Shown in pieces: positions 37,805-47,650 of a DNA stretch of 64,000 nt (the first letter of the stretch is position 1; every line of letters begins with the position of its first letter). The DNA lies in NCBI GenBank assembly GCA_018817645.1, contig JAHITK010000003.1, positions 9,922-73,921 of the forward strand, in the 5' to 3' direction. This DNA is from Patescibacteria group bacterium (GTDB lineage Bacteria > Patescibacteriota > Minisyncoccia > Minisyncoccales > PEYH01). Made by a program: the position numbers and the translations under genes. The notes below the pieces were generated by a model that saw only the letters and a list, made by a program, of their open reading frames with translations, was not told where the DNA came from and did no database searches.

Positions 37805-38107
37805 ATGAAAAAAATACCTCAATTTTTGCAGAAATATTTTTGGGATGTGGATTTTTCAACCGTGGACAAGAAACAGCATTCTCAGTTTGTTATTGAGAGG
37901 ATTTTAGAGTACGGAGACAAAAAATCAATTAAATGGATGAAAGACAATTTTTCTTCAGAAGAAATTAAAAAGACCCTTTCTGTTTCTAAAAATCTTTCGC
38001 GAAAATCAGCCAATTTTTGGCAGCTTATTTTCGGTTTAGATAAGGATAAAATTCTATGCCTGAAGAAATCATTTCAAAAAAAACACAGAGCAATTTGGAG
38101 ATATTAA
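37805..38107 (+). CDS. Hypothetical small protein upstream of and overlapping an AbiEii-like gene (possible cognate partner)
   Basis: ORF only. Overlaps the next gene by 52 nt in another frame. Confidence 0.3.
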   Translation: MKKIPQFLQKYFWDVDFSTVDKKQHSQFVIERILEYGDKKSIKWMKDNFSSEEIKKTLSVSKNLSRKSANFWQLIFGLDKDKILCLKKSFQKKHRAIWRY

Positions 38108-38673
38108 AAAAATCCTGTTTGATTGCCGGTTTTTATCTTGCTGGTGGCACCGGGTTGGCTTTATATTTAAATCACCGCCTCTCTGTTGATTTAGACTTTT
38201 TCAGCGAAAAAGAATTTAATAGTAAGCCTCTGCTTCAAAAGATTAAAAAATTAGGCAAATTTTCAGTCGCCAAGGAATCAGAAAATACTTTGGCGGGCGT
38301 TTTTAATGGCACAAAAATCGCTTTTTTGGCATACGATTATCCCCTTCTTTTTCCGTTGAAAAAACTTGGCAACATTAATGTCGCTGATATAAGAGAGATC
38401 GCTTGTATGAAAATTTCCGCGATTTCTTCGCGCGGCAGCAAGAAGGACTTTATTGATTTATACTTTATTTGCCAGCAGGGCATTTCACTAAAACAGGCAT
38501 TAGCGCTGTTTGAAAGGAAATACAGGGGTATTCATTATAATATGGTGCATATTTTGAAAAGTTTGGTCTTTTTTGACGATGCTGACAACGAACCCCTGCC
38601 AAAAATGTTGGTTCCTGTTACCTGGAAACAGGTTAAGAAATTTTTTCAAGAAAAAGTAAAAATGAATCAATGA
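38056..38673 (+). CDS. AbiEii/AbiGii-family nucleotidyltransferase (type IV TA toxin-like)
   Basis: LAGGTGLALYLNHRLSVDLDFF motif (GGTAL...R.S.DLDF). Confidence 0.6.
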   Translation: MPEEIISKKTQSNLEILKKSCLIAGFYLAGGTGLALYLNHRLSVDLDFFSEKEFNSKPLLQKIKKLGKFSVAKESENTLAGVFNGTKIAFLAYDYPLLFPLKKLGNINVADIREIACMKISAISSRGSKKDFIDLYFICQQGISLKQALALFERKYRGIHYNMVHILKSLVFFDDADNEPLPKMLVPVTWKQVKKFFQEKVKMNQ

Positions 38674-39239
38674 TTTCTTTTATTAGGGGCAAAATAAAAG
38701 CAAAAAACGGAGAATTTGTTATTGTTGAAAACAATGATATTGGTTTTAAGGTTTTTGTTTCTCCGAAGACCCTGGAAAAATTAAATCCGAGCGAGATTAC
38801 AGAGTTTTTTATTTTTTTTGCCGTTCGCAACGAAAAGCCGGAATTATACGGGTTCCTGACGCCGGAAGAATTAAAAGTTTTTGAAATTATAGAAAAGGTC
38901 TCTGGCATCGGCCCCAAAGGAGCAATGCTTATTGCTTCATTGGGAACATTTGAAGAACTTAAAAAAGCGATAGAAATTCAGGACTTTGGATTTTTCTCCA
39001 AAATTAAAGGAATCGGGAAGAAGAAAATCCAGAAGGTTATCCTGGAATTGGGCGGGACCATAAAAAGAATTGAAGAAATGGAGAACAAAAGTTCTCAAGA
39101 AGACGAGGCCTTTAAGGGTTTGCTGGCTTTGGGTTTTTCCCCAAAAGAGGCGAAAGAAGCGCTGGCGAATGTGCCGAAGGAAGTAAAAGACATCAGCCAG
39201 AGAGTCCAGCAGGCATTGAGACAGTTCACAAAAAAATGA
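38670..39239 (+). CDS. ruvA: Holliday junction DNA helicase RuvA
   Basis: MISFIRGKI...OB fold, HhH region GIGPKGAM. Confidence 0.85.
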   Translation: MISFIRGKIKAKNGEFVIVENNDIGFKVFVSPKTLEKLNPSEITEFFIFFAVRNEKPELYGFLTPEELKVFEIIEKVSGIGPKGAMLIASLGTFEELKKAIEIQDFGFFSKIKGIGKKKIQKVILELGGTIKRIEEMENKSSQEDEAFKGLLALGFSPKEAKEALANVPKEVKDISQRVQQALRQFTKK

Positions 39240-40603
39240 TGAAGAGAATTATAAAAAAGATTATCCCGCCATTCTTTCTAAACTGGTATTACCAGTTTTT
39301 TCCTCTATTAGGCGCTGTCTGGTATCGCTTTCCCTCAAAAAAATTAGTGGTAGTCGGGGTGACCGGCACTAATGGCAAGTCCACGACAATTCAGCTGGTC
39401 TCGGACATTTTAAGGCAGGCCGGGCTCAAAGTCGCTTCTCTTTCTTCAATCCGTTTCCAAACAGGAGATAAGCTATGGCAGAACAAGCTCAAAATGACGA
39501 TGCCCGGCCGGCTTAAACTTCACCATTTTTTAAGAAAAGCGGTCAACAGCGGATGCCAATACGCTGTGCTGGAAGTGACCTCTGAAGGAATCAAGCAGTG
39601 CCGCCATAAATTTATCGATTTTGACGCAGCCATTTTCACCAATTTAGAGAAAGAGCATATTGAGTCGCATGGCTCGTTTGAAAAATACCGGCAAGCCAAA
39701 GGAAAATTGTTTCAGATGCCGGGCCTCAAATGCGCGATAGTGAATTTAGACGATGCGCAGGCTGATTATTTTTTAAGTTTTCCAGTGAAAGAGAAGTGGG
39801 GATACACAGTAAATCCAAAATCCAACCCGCCCGCCTCGCTCCCTGCCCGAAACTGTTGCATCGCTGCAGGCGGGCGCGAGCAAGCGAGCTTGCGAAGCCT
39901 TGCGGGCGGGAATGCCAAAATGGAAAATCAGGATTTGAAAATTGTGGAGGGGGAGGAAGTGAATCTTTTTGAGGACCATTCGGAATTTTCTGTCAGCGGG
40001 CAGGAATTCTCCATTCCGTTAGTGGGAGAGTTTAATGTTTACAACGCTTTGGCCGCTGTTTCTTTTGGGCTGTCGCAGGGCCTAAATTTAGACATTATAG
40101 CAGAGGCCTTAAAGAAGACAGCAGGGGTTCCGGGCAGAATGGAATTCGTGATAAAAGAGCCGTTCCGGGCGGTGGTTGATTACGCCCATACCCCCAAAGC
40201 GCTTGAAAATGTCTACCAAACACTTTCCCTTGGAAAGCAACAGGACGCTAAAAAGAAATTAATATGTGTTTTGGGTTCTTGCGGCGGGGGCCGGGATAAA
40301 TGGAAGCGGCCGGTATTTGGAGCCCTGGCCGGCCAATATTGCGACAAAATTGTTTTAACCAATGAGGACCCTTATGACGAGGACCCAATTCAAATTATTG
40401 AGGCGATTGAAGCAGGGGTTCCTCAAAATGCCGATTATGAGAAAATTTTTGACCGGCGCGCGGCGATTAAGAAAGCATTATCTTTGGCTAACCCCGGAGA
40501 CACAATCGCCATTACCGGTAAAGGAGGCGAGCCCTGGATTTGTGCGGCAGGCGGGAAAAAGATTCCCTGGGACGACCGGCAAATAGTCAGGGAGGAGATG
40601 TGA
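39236..40603 (+). CDS. murE: Mur ligase, MurE-like, with in-frame GC-rich repeat insertion
   Basis: VVGVTGTNGKSTT, DYAHTPKAL. Extra segment NPPASLPARNCCIAAGGREQASLRSLAGGN encoded by the family-A repeat at 39826-39910. Confidence 0.7.
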   Translation: MMKRIIKKIIPPFFLNWYYQFFPLLGAVWYRFPSKKLVVVGVTGTNGKSTTIQLVSDILRQAGLKVASLSSIRFQTGDKLWQNKLKMTMPGRLKLHHFLRKAVNSGCQYAVLEVTSEGIKQCRHKFIDFDAAIFTNLEKEHIESHGSFEKYRQAKGKLFQMPGLKCAIVNLDDAQADYFLSFPVKEKWGYTVNPKSNPPASLPARNCCIAAGGREQASLRSLAGGNAKMENQDLKIVEGEEVNLFEDHSEFSVSGQEFSIPLVGEFNVYNALAAVSFGLSQGLNLDIIAEALKKTAGVPGRMEFVIKEPFRAVVDYAHTPKALENVYQTLSLGKQQDAKKKLICVLGSCGGGRDKWKRPVFGALAGQYCDKIVLTNEDPYDEDPIQIIEAIEAGVPQNADYEKIFDRRAAIKKALSLANPGDTIAITGKGGEPWICAAGGKKIPWDDRQIVREEM

Positions 40604-40616
40604 TTTTAAGATATTT

Positions 40617-42059
40617 TTGAATATGCTCAAAGACGCATTCCAAAAAATAAGTCAATATTTGTGGGAACTGCCCGCTTCCTTTAGGCAGGGGATGAGAACC
40701 GGCGTCAGGGTTTATTCTTCTGACAAATTATGGGGACAAATAGAAGAGGAATCTTTAGAGCAACTAATGAACTGCGCTTTTTTGCCGGGAATTGTCGGTT
40801 ATGCCTTTGGTATGCCCGATATTCATTCCGGCTATGGTCCCCCGATTGGAGGAGTGGGAGCAATGGAGACGCATCAAGGGATTATTTCTCCCGGATTTGT
40901 TGGATTCGACGAGAATTGCGGAGTGCGTTTGCTTAAATCATCGTTTAATCAGAAGGATATAGAACCCTACTTAGGAGAGTTGGCAAATGGCATAGAAAAT
41001 GAAATTCCCTCCGGGCTGGGAAGGGGCAGGAAAACAAAATTAAGTATTAACCAAATTAACGAAATTCTTGACAAGGGCGTGCCAGGGTTAGTCGAGCAAG
41101 GGTATGGCTTAAAGGAAGATGTCGAAAACTGCGAAGAAGGAGGATATATGCGCGATGCTGATTCTGTTTATGTTTCAGACCGGGCAAAAAATCGCGGGAG
41201 AGACCAACTGGGGACATTGGGAAGCGGGAATCATTTTTTAGAAATTCAGGCAGTGGAAGAAATTTATGACAAGCCAGTGGCCGAAATATTCGGATTATCG
41301 GCCGGACAAATAGTGGTAATGATTCACACCGGCTCACGGGGCTTGGGTCACCAGAATTGTTCCGATTACTTGAAGTCCGTTCTGCTGGCAATGCCGAAGT
41401 ATAAAATTAGTGTGCCGGACAAAGAATTGGCTTGCGCGCCTTTGAATTCTCCAGAAGGTCAAAATTTTCTAAAAGCAATGTCTGCGGCTTGTAATTTTGC
41501 CTGGGCCAACAGACAGATTATTACTTATTATGTTCGCAAGGTGTTTAAGGAAATAACGGGCGGCTCCGGGAATCTCGTTCTCCTGTACGATGTGGCTCAT
41601 AATATCGCCAAAATTGAGGAGCATGAAGTTAACCAGGATATGGTAAAATTAATTGTCCATCGCAAAGGCGCAACCAGGGCTCTTCCAGCCGGGCATTCGG
41701 GAATACCGGAGAGATATAAAACGGCGGGACAGCCGGTTCTTATTCCCGGCTCAATGGGAACGCCTTCCTATGTCTGCGTAGGCACGGAAAAATCAAAAGA
41801 GGCCTGGTATACGGTAAATCACGGAGCCGGGAGGATAATGTCCCGACATTCGGCGGTTAATAAAATCAGGGGCGAAGATGTAATTAAGGGCTTGCAAAAA
41901 CAGGGAATTTTGGTAAAGTGTCATTCAGCAAGGAATATTGCCGAAGAGGCTCCCCTGGCTTACAAAAATATTAATGATGTGGTAGAAGTAGTTCAGGGCG
42001 CCGGGCTTGCCAGAAAGGTTGCTCGGCTGAAACCATTGGCAGTGGTAAAAGGAGAATAA
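40617..42059 (+). CDS. rtcB: RNA-splicing ligase RtcB
   Basis: GNHFLEIQ, HTGSRGLGHQ, NHGAGR motifs. Confidence 0.85.
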   Translation: MNMLKDAFQKISQYLWELPASFRQGMRTGVRVYSSDKLWGQIEEESLEQLMNCAFLPGIVGYAFGMPDIHSGYGPPIGGVGAMETHQGIISPGFVGFDENCGVRLLKSSFNQKDIEPYLGELANGIENEIPSGLGRGRKTKLSINQINEILDKGVPGLVEQGYGLKEDVENCEEGGYMRDADSVYVSDRAKNRGRDQLGTLGSGNHFLEIQAVEEIYDKPVAEIFGLSAGQIVVMIHTGSRGLGHQNCSDYLKSVLLAMPKYKISVPDKELACAPLNSPEGQNFLKAMSAACNFAWANRQIITYYVRKVFKEITGGSGNLVLLYDVAHNIAKIEEHEVNQDMVKLIVHRKGATRALPAGHSGIPERYKTAGQPVLIPGSMGTPSYVCVGTEKSKEAWYTVNHGAGRIMSRHSAVNKIRGEDVIKGLQKQGILVKCHSARNIAEEAPLAYKNINDVVEVVQGAGLARKVARLKPLAVVKGE

Positions 42060-42063
42060 AGAA

Positions 42064-42288
42064 TTGAGAAATTTTATGAATAAAAAAATGCCTAAAAGCG
42101 TTAGAAAACATATTCGTCAAGAAAAAGCTCGTCTTCGCCGGGAAGTTTCAGATATTAATAAAAGAGAAGATATGATTAAACAGCTGTATGCCCGGTTTAG
42201 TCCGGGGGCGCCGGAAAAGGCGGCTAAAGTGATGGAATTAAAACCAAAAATTTCAAAAATTCCTAAAGCCGTAAAAACTTCTCAATAA
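42064..42288 (+). CDS. Small basic hypothetical protein
   Basis: ORF, K/R-rich, tightly packed between rtcB and the next gene. Confidence 0.3.
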   Translation: MRNFMNKKMPKSVRKHIRQEKARLRREVSDINKREDMIKQLYARFSPGAPEKAAKVMELKPKISKIPKAVKTSQ

Positions 42289-43238
42289 TGAAAATACCAG
42301 ACATCTATAATTTAGCTCTTCAGATGGGGACAGCCGCCGACCTTAGAGGCAAAGAGGCGGTAGAGAAATTTTTAAGCAAAAAGCAGCGCGATTACGAAAA
42401 GCTTTCTGAAAAGGAAAAGCAGAATTTCGATCTGGAAACGCTTAAAAATCCTTATTCTGATTCTCGGATTTTAAATGTATCCGAAGATAAAGAGATAAAA
42501 AGGATTTTAGTCGGGATAGATATAGAACCGGCCGAGCTTTTGCTGGCGAGAGAAATCGGGAATATTGATTTAATTATTTCTCATCATCCATTGGGCAAAG
42601 CGTTAGCCACTCTCCACGAAGTAATGGAGCTTCAATGCGAAGTTCTTTCCCAGTACGGCGTTCCGATAAACATAGCCGAGGGGTTGATGAGAGAGAAAAT
42701 ATCAGAGGTGGCTCGGGGTTTGAATAAGTCCAATTCCGAAAGAACGGTTGACGCAGCCAAGCTTTTGAAATCCAATTTAATTTGTCTCCATACGATTTGC
42801 GATAATCTGGCCGCGGATTTCCTGAAAAGAACTATTGAAAATCAAAAGCCGGAAACAGTGGGAGAGTTGTTGGATATTATCGAAAAGATTCCCGAATATA
42901 GATTATCAAGTAAAAACGGAATCGGGCCCAAGATTTTTGTGGGCAAGAAAGACAATCATTGCGGGAAAATTGCTTTTACCGAGATTACCGGAGGCGCAGA
43001 GGGTTCTTCAAAACTTTATGAAAAAATGGCGCAGGCAGGAATCGGGACCATTGTCGGAATGCATGTTTCAGAAGAGCATAAAAAAGAAGCGGAATCAGCC
43101 CTTATTAATATGGTGATAGCCGGGCATATGCCTTCTGATTCTTTGGGCGTGAATCTCTTTTTGGATGAGTTGGAGAAAAAAGGAATTGAAATTATTCCGT
43201 GTTCCGGCCTGATCAGAGTTTCCCGCATTAGTCATTAA
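42288..43238 (+). CDS. Nif3-family (YqfO/YbgI-like) dinuclear-metal protein
   Basis: RILVGIDIE...DLIISHHP motif. Confidence 0.5.
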   Translation: MKIPDIYNLALQMGTAADLRGKEAVEKFLSKKQRDYEKLSEKEKQNFDLETLKNPYSDSRILNVSEDKEIKRILVGIDIEPAELLLAREIGNIDLIISHHPLGKALATLHEVMELQCEVLSQYGVPINIAEGLMREKISEVARGLNKSNSERTVDAAKLLKSNLICLHTICDNLAADFLKRTIENQKPETVGELLDIIEKIPEYRLSSKNGIGPKIFVGKKDNHCGKIAFTEITGGAEGSSKLYEKMAQAGIGTIVGMHVSEEHKKEAESALINMVIAGHMPSDSLGVNLFLDELEKKGIEIIPCSGLIRVSRISH

Positions 43239-43245
43239 TCCCTTG

Positions 43246-43280
43246 CCCGCCTCGGATGGGTCTGCCCGCCTCGGGCGGGA
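43246..43280. terminator. Tandem GCCCGCCTCGG(A/G)(T)GGG hairpins after the Nif3-family gene
   Basis: gcccgcctcggatgggtctgcccgcctcgggcggg. Confidence 0.5.
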
Positions 43281-43498
43281 TTGATTGCTGACACATTGGC
43301 CATTAGGCCATTTTTTGTTATGATGAATTAACATGAAAAAATATTTTTCCAAACAAGCCAAAAAAGGAAAGGCAGGCAATACTGCTTTTAGGACCCCCTC
43401 TCCTTTTATCAGCAGAAAATGTCAGACAAAACGGAAGATAATTCAAGGAAAGTAAATTTCCCGGCATCATTGATTTAAAATGCCGTTGGTTTTAAATT

Positions 43499-44278
43499 AT
43501 GCTGGACAAAAAGAGAAAATATTTACAAATTGCTTTAAATAGCACCCTTCAAGATGCGCAGGATATAATTTTGAAGCTTCCGATAGACGAGAGAATTATT
43601 ATTGAGGCCGGCACACCGCTGATTAAGAATTATGGCGGCGAAGGCATTCAGGATATCAGAAGGTTATGGGAGCAAAGGATTGCCGGAAAGAATCTGTCTG
43701 CTCCGCCGCCGGCGGATTTGATGGCGGTTTTCAGATTAATAAAAGAAATAAGACGAACCAAACAAGCGCCAGTTAACAATCAAAAGAACGATTCTTTGCC
43801 TGTTCTCTATATCATCGCTGACCTTAAATGTATGGATCGGGGCTTTACCGAAGTAGATATCGCTAAGTCCGGAGGGGCCAGCGCCGCCACGGTTTTAGGC
43901 CAGGCGCCGATAGAGACCATCAATGTTTTTATTGAGAAATGCGAGGAAAGCGGGCTGGACTCGATGGTTGATATGATGAATGTGGGATACCCACTGGGAA
44001 TTTTAGGAAATTTAAACAAACAGCCCGATGCGGTAATTTTGCATCGGGGAGTTGACGAGGAAGATTATAATAGAGAAAAAGAAATTCCTTACCACGAAAT
44101 CCAGCGCATCAAAAGCGATTACGACATAATGGTTGCCGTGGCCGGAGGGGACACCATTCAGGAAGTTCAAACAGCCATCCTGAACGATGTTGATATTATT
44201 GTTCTTTGGAGGGCTTTCTATAAAAGCACCGAGGACACCATTAAATTAGTTGAGGAATTCCTCAAAGAAATTCGTTAA
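43499..44278 (+). CDS. OMP-decarboxylase-fold protein, 3-hexulose-6-phosphate synthase-like
   Basis: YLQIALNSTLQDAQDIILKL...IIIEAGTPLIKNYG matches the HPS/KGPDC N-terminal signature. Confidence 0.5.
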   Translation: MLDKKRKYLQIALNSTLQDAQDIILKLPIDERIIIEAGTPLIKNYGGEGIQDIRRLWEQRIAGKNLSAPPPADLMAVFRLIKEIRRTKQAPVNNQKNDSLPVLYIIADLKCMDRGFTEVDIAKSGGASAATVLGQAPIETINVFIEKCEESGLDSMVDMMNVGYPLGILGNLNKQPDAVILHRGVDEEDYNREKEIPYHEIQRIKSDYDIMVAVAGGDTIQEVQTAILNDVDIIVLWRAFYKSTEDTIKLVEEFLKEIR

Positions 44279-45039
44279 GAGATATCTCTCTTTTTAGCCG
44301 CAAGATTTTTAAATCCCTCTAAAATCTCTATTGGAAGAGCGAATATCACGGTTTTTGACGGGTCGGGCTGAAGATTGTCAATTGTTTCAAGGGTTCTCAA
44401 AGACAAGCCGCCGGGCGCTGAGGTAAGCAATTCCGCAGCGTTTTTTAAACTTTGGGCCGCCGCCACTTCTCCTTCTGATTTGATGATAATAGCTCTTTTT
44501 TCTCTTTCTGCTTCTGCTTGCGCGGCCATCGCTCTCTTCATTCCGGCTGGCAGTTCTATATCTTGCATTTTAATGGCCGTGACGTCTATCCCCCAGGGGT
44601 CAGTTTCGGCATCAACCATTTGTTTGATGGCAGTGGCAACATCTTCTCTTTCAGTGAGCAGGGCGTCTAATTCCACTCCGCCGATAATATCCCGTAAAGC
44701 GGCCAAAGCGTATTGCGAAACCGCGTAGCGGTAATTTTCTACCTTTAAAACAGCAAATTCCGGCTTTTCCACTTTGAAATAGACCACTGCGTTAACGCCG
44801 ACCGGCACATTGTCTTTGGTGATAGCTTCCTGCCGCGGGACATCCACGGTAGTGATTCTTAAGTCCACAGTTATCAATCTTTGGATTCCGGGGAATATCC
44901 ATCTGAAGCCCGGGATTTTTATCCCCGTGTACTTGCCGAATGTCAAGATTACGCCCCTTTCATATTCGTTTATAATCCTTATGCCTGATAAAAAGAGAAC
45001 TAAGAGAAATGCTAATATAATAATTAAGGCGATTACCAT
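44275..45039 (-). CDS. SPFH/stomatin-like protein (native-composition copy)
   Basis: INEYERGVILTFGKY...ITKDNVPVGVNAVVYFKV, a typical band-7 pattern. Confidence 0.8.
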   Translation of the reverse strand: MVIALIIILAFLLVLFLSGIRIINEYERGVILTFGKYTGIKIPGFRWIFPGIQRLITVDLRITTVDVPRQEAITKDNVPVGVNAVVYFKVEKPEFAVLKVENYRYAVSQYALAALRDIIGGVELDALLTEREDVATAIKQMVDAETDPWGIDVTAIKMQDIELPAGMKRAMAAQAEAEREKRAIIIKSEGEVAAAQSLKNAAELLTSAPGGLSLRTLETIDNLQPDPSKTVIFALPIEILEGFKNLAAKKRDIS

Positions 45040-45063
45040 ATTTTTAAGTTAATTATAATTGAA

Positions 45064-46668
45064 TTACATTTTTAATCTTTTTATCATATATGTGTTTTTT
45101 AGGGAATAGCCGAGCGTCTTATAATAATCCCTTACTCCCACTCCGGATATCACAATGATATTTTTCAAGCCGAATTCTTTCTGAACAATCTTTTCCGCCT
45201 CCTGCATCAATTTTTTCCCAAGCCCCCGGTGTTGGGGAGCGTTTGTTTTTTGAGAGACGGGCACTAATTTCCCGTAAGTGTGAAGTTCCCTTACAATACC
45301 GGAATCCTTCAAGACCGGCAGGACAACTTGGCCGGGGATTCTTAGGCGCAATAAGCTGTGGAGTCGGGTTCGGTCTTTGTTCTCGAAGCTTAAAAATATT
45401 TCCTTTCCTTTGGAGGCCTCATAATCACTTCGGAAAAGATATATTTTTTCTTTTGGATTATATTGCCCCTTGACTTCCCGGCACCTGATGCATTTACAGC
45501 GCCATCTCTGCTGTTTTGCGATTACCATTATCATCTGCCTTAGATTAGATGTCTTGGTTCCGCCCTGCACCACATATTGAGAGGGAATATCCCGGACAAT
45601 TCTTTGTATCCGGCAGTAATATGGAACCGTTTTTTTGATGGCGATTATGATTTCCAAAAGCTGCTTTTCGGTGTACGGCTGGTAGCCCTGCTTTTCCCAG
45701 ATATTATACAAAGGAGCTTCTTTTAACAGGGCGCAGGGATATATTTTTAAATAATCAGGCCGGAAATCCGGATTAGAGAAAAGCTCTTTAAACATCTTAA
45801 CATCTTTATTAGGGTCAGACCCTAACAGATTGGGCATCATCTGGAAACAAATTTTGAATCCAGCGTCTTTTAAGAGCCGGGTTGCTTTTATGGCTGCGTC
45901 AATATTATGCCCTCTTTTGTTTATTTTCAAAATGTTATTATAGATACTCTGAATTCCGAGCTCAACCCTTGTTATCCCCAGTTCCCTTAATCGTTTTATT
46001 TCTTTTTCATCAATAAAATCCGGCCTGGTCTCAATGGTAATCCCGATAATCCTATGTTTTGCCTGCTCGTTTTGCTTTTGAACATTCTCTAATTTTTTAA
46101 TTTTTAATTGTCGTTTTTCATTTTTCGTTTTACATTTTTCATTATATTCGTTCGCCCCCCTAAGGCATTCTTTAATAAACCAATTCTGGTAGTTTTTCGG
46201 GTAAAACGACCAAGTTCCGCCGATAATCCTTAAATCAATTTTATCGGTCGGATGGCCGATTGCTTCCAGCGCCTTGATTCTTGCCTGAACCTGTTGAAAA
46301 GGACGGTATCCCATCATTATCGCCCGGGCCACCGCTGGCTCCTCTTTTAAATAACTTTTTGGAACTTTGCTTTGGCTTGGGCAGAAAATACACTTTCCCG
46401 GGCAAGGGAACGGTTTTGTTAGCGCGGAAACAATAATTATGCCTGAAAGCGAGCGGATTTTTCTGATTCGCAGAACTTCCTCAATTTCCGGGTTGGGCTT
46501 TATTCTTTTATCTTTGATTAAGGTGTGATAAGCTTCTAATAACTGGGAGTTTGGAATCATTTTGGCGCTTTTTCTCTTGGAATAACGGCGCTTCAGAGAA
46601 CTTAAAACATCCGGGCTTACGGCCTTTTCCTTGGTAAGAGCAATAATAATTTCTTTTGCCAATTCCAT
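45064..46668 (-). CDS. Elp3-like radical-SAM/GNAT tRNA-modification enzyme
   Basis: Radical-SAM Cys cluster CPGKCIFCP, large TIM-barrel region, C-terminal GNAT acetyltransferase domain. Confidence 0.65.
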   Translation of the reverse strand: MELAKEIIIALTKEKAVSPDVLSSLKRRYSKRKSAKMIPNSQLLEAYHTLIKDKRIKPNPEIEEVLRIRKIRSLSGIIIVSALTKPFPCPGKCIFCPSQSKVPKSYLKEEPAVARAIMMGYRPFQQVQARIKALEAIGHPTDKIDLRIIGGTWSFYPKNYQNWFIKECLRGANEYNEKCKTKNEKRQLKIKKLENVQKQNEQAKHRIIGITIETRPDFIDEKEIKRLRELGITRVELGIQSIYNNILKINKRGHNIDAAIKATRLLKDAGFKICFQMMPNLLGSDPNKDVKMFKELFSNPDFRPDYLKIYPCALLKEAPLYNIWEKQGYQPYTEKQLLEIIIAIKKTVPYYCRIQRIVRDIPSQYVVQGGTKTSNLRQMIMVIAKQQRWRCKCIRCREVKGQYNPKEKIYLFRSDYEASKGKEIFLSFENKDRTRLHSLLRLRIPGQVVLPVLKDSGIVRELHTYGKLVPVSQKTNAPQHRGLGKKLMQEAEKIVQKEFGLKNIIVISGVGVRDYYKTLGYSLKNTYMIKRLKM

Positions 46669-47378
46669 TTATGAAAAAAGATTACGCTGAATATTTGTTG
46701 GAAAAAACCAGACAGGACTATGATGCGATTGCGGACGACTTTGACAAAAAACGGGATTATCTTCCTCCTGATTTTGCAATTTTACAGGACTATGTTGATA
46801 AAGGGGACAGGATTTTGGATTTAGGATGCGGGAACGGAAGATTCCAGGAAGTTATCAAAGACCGGGCTGATTATTACGGAACAGATGTTTCCGGTCCTCT
46901 TATCAGAATTGCCAAAGCGAAATATTCGGATGCCAAGTTTTTTGTCAGCAAGCCCTTGTCCCTGCCTTTTGAGGACAATTTTTTTGACAAGGTCTTTTGC
47001 CTGGCTGTTTTTCATCATATCCCGTCAGCAAGGATAAGAAAAGAGTTTTTAAAAGAAATTAGGCGAGTTTTAAAGCCGGATGGCCGGATTGTCTTAACTG
47101 TTTGGGATTTAAGTGATAATAAGAAAGCCAGACAGCTTTTGTTAAAATATGCCCTGCTTAAATTAATCGGCCGAACAAAACTTGATTTTAAAGATGTTTT
47201 TTATCCTTGGAAAAACAGCGCCGGCAAGGTGGTTATAAACAGATATATCCATATTTTTTCGGAAAATGAACTGGAGAAAATTATTGAAAGCGCGGGATTG
47301 GTGATCAAAGAAAAAGGGATTTTAGAAAGAAGCCCAAAAGGGAAAAATATTTTTATCATCGCCCAAAAATCAAAATAG
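46656..47378 (+). CDS. Class I SAM-dependent methyltransferase
   Basis: ILDLGCGNGRF motif I. Confidence 0.7.
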   Translation: MPIPFMKKDYAEYLLEKTRQDYDAIADDFDKKRDYLPPDFAILQDYVDKGDRILDLGCGNGRFQEVIKDRADYYGTDVSGPLIRIAKAKYSDAKFFVSKPLSLPFEDNFFDKVFCLAVFHHIPSARIRKEFLKEIRRVLKPDGRIVLTVWDLSDNKKARQLLLKYALLKLIGRTKLDFKDVFYPWKNSAGKVVINRYIHIFSENELEKIIESAGLVIKEKGILERSPKGKNIFIIAQKSK

Positions 47379-47401
47379 TTATAATTTTTCGTTTTAAGTT
47401 A

Positions 47402-47584
47402 GTCCCTGTGGTTCAACGGCCCGCCAAAATTTGCCCTCATAGTTTAACGGACAAAACACAGGCCTCCGGAGCTTGAAATACAGGTTCGATTCCTGTTGAG
47501 GGCATAAGCAAAATTTAGGCGGGTAAAATAAAATGCCTCCCTCCGGAGGAGGAAATGGCTGTTCGAATCAGCCCAGGGACACAT
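47402..47584 (+). ncRNA. tRNA-Arg(CCG)-like gene split into a 5' part (acceptor + D-loop) and a 3' part (anticodon arm + T arm + acceptor) by a 121-nt insert that contains a complete tRNA
   Basis: 5' GTCCCTG-TG-GTTCAACGG and 3' CCTCC-CTCCGGA-GGAGG-AAAT-GGCTG-TTCGAAT-CAGCC-CAGGGAC-A. Ends are perfectly complementary. The insert is closed by a CCCGCC/GGCGGG helix and flanked by AAAATTT direct repeats. Confidence 0.45.
47433..47504 (+). tRNA. tRNA-Arg (anticodon CCG), CCA not encoded
   Basis: Hand-folded cloverleaf. Acceptor GCCCTCA/TGAGGGC, D stem GTTT/AAAC, anticodon stem CAGGC/GCTTG with loop CTCCGGA, T stem ACAGG/CCTGT with loop TTCGATT, discriminator A. Confidence 0.8.
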
Positions 47585-47650
47585 TAGAACAAGTTAATGA
47601 GTAAAACGAATTTATTTGTTCTTATGCCCTAAAGAGCGGAGTGACGAAGA

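Noticed and set aside
47402-47584. Considered that the outer tRNA-like arms were a two-piece or miniature tmRNA.
   Set aside because: The region is far too short for pseudoknots or a tag ORF, and the 3' part carries a normal anticodon arm (CCG). A bona fide tmRNA is present elsewhere.
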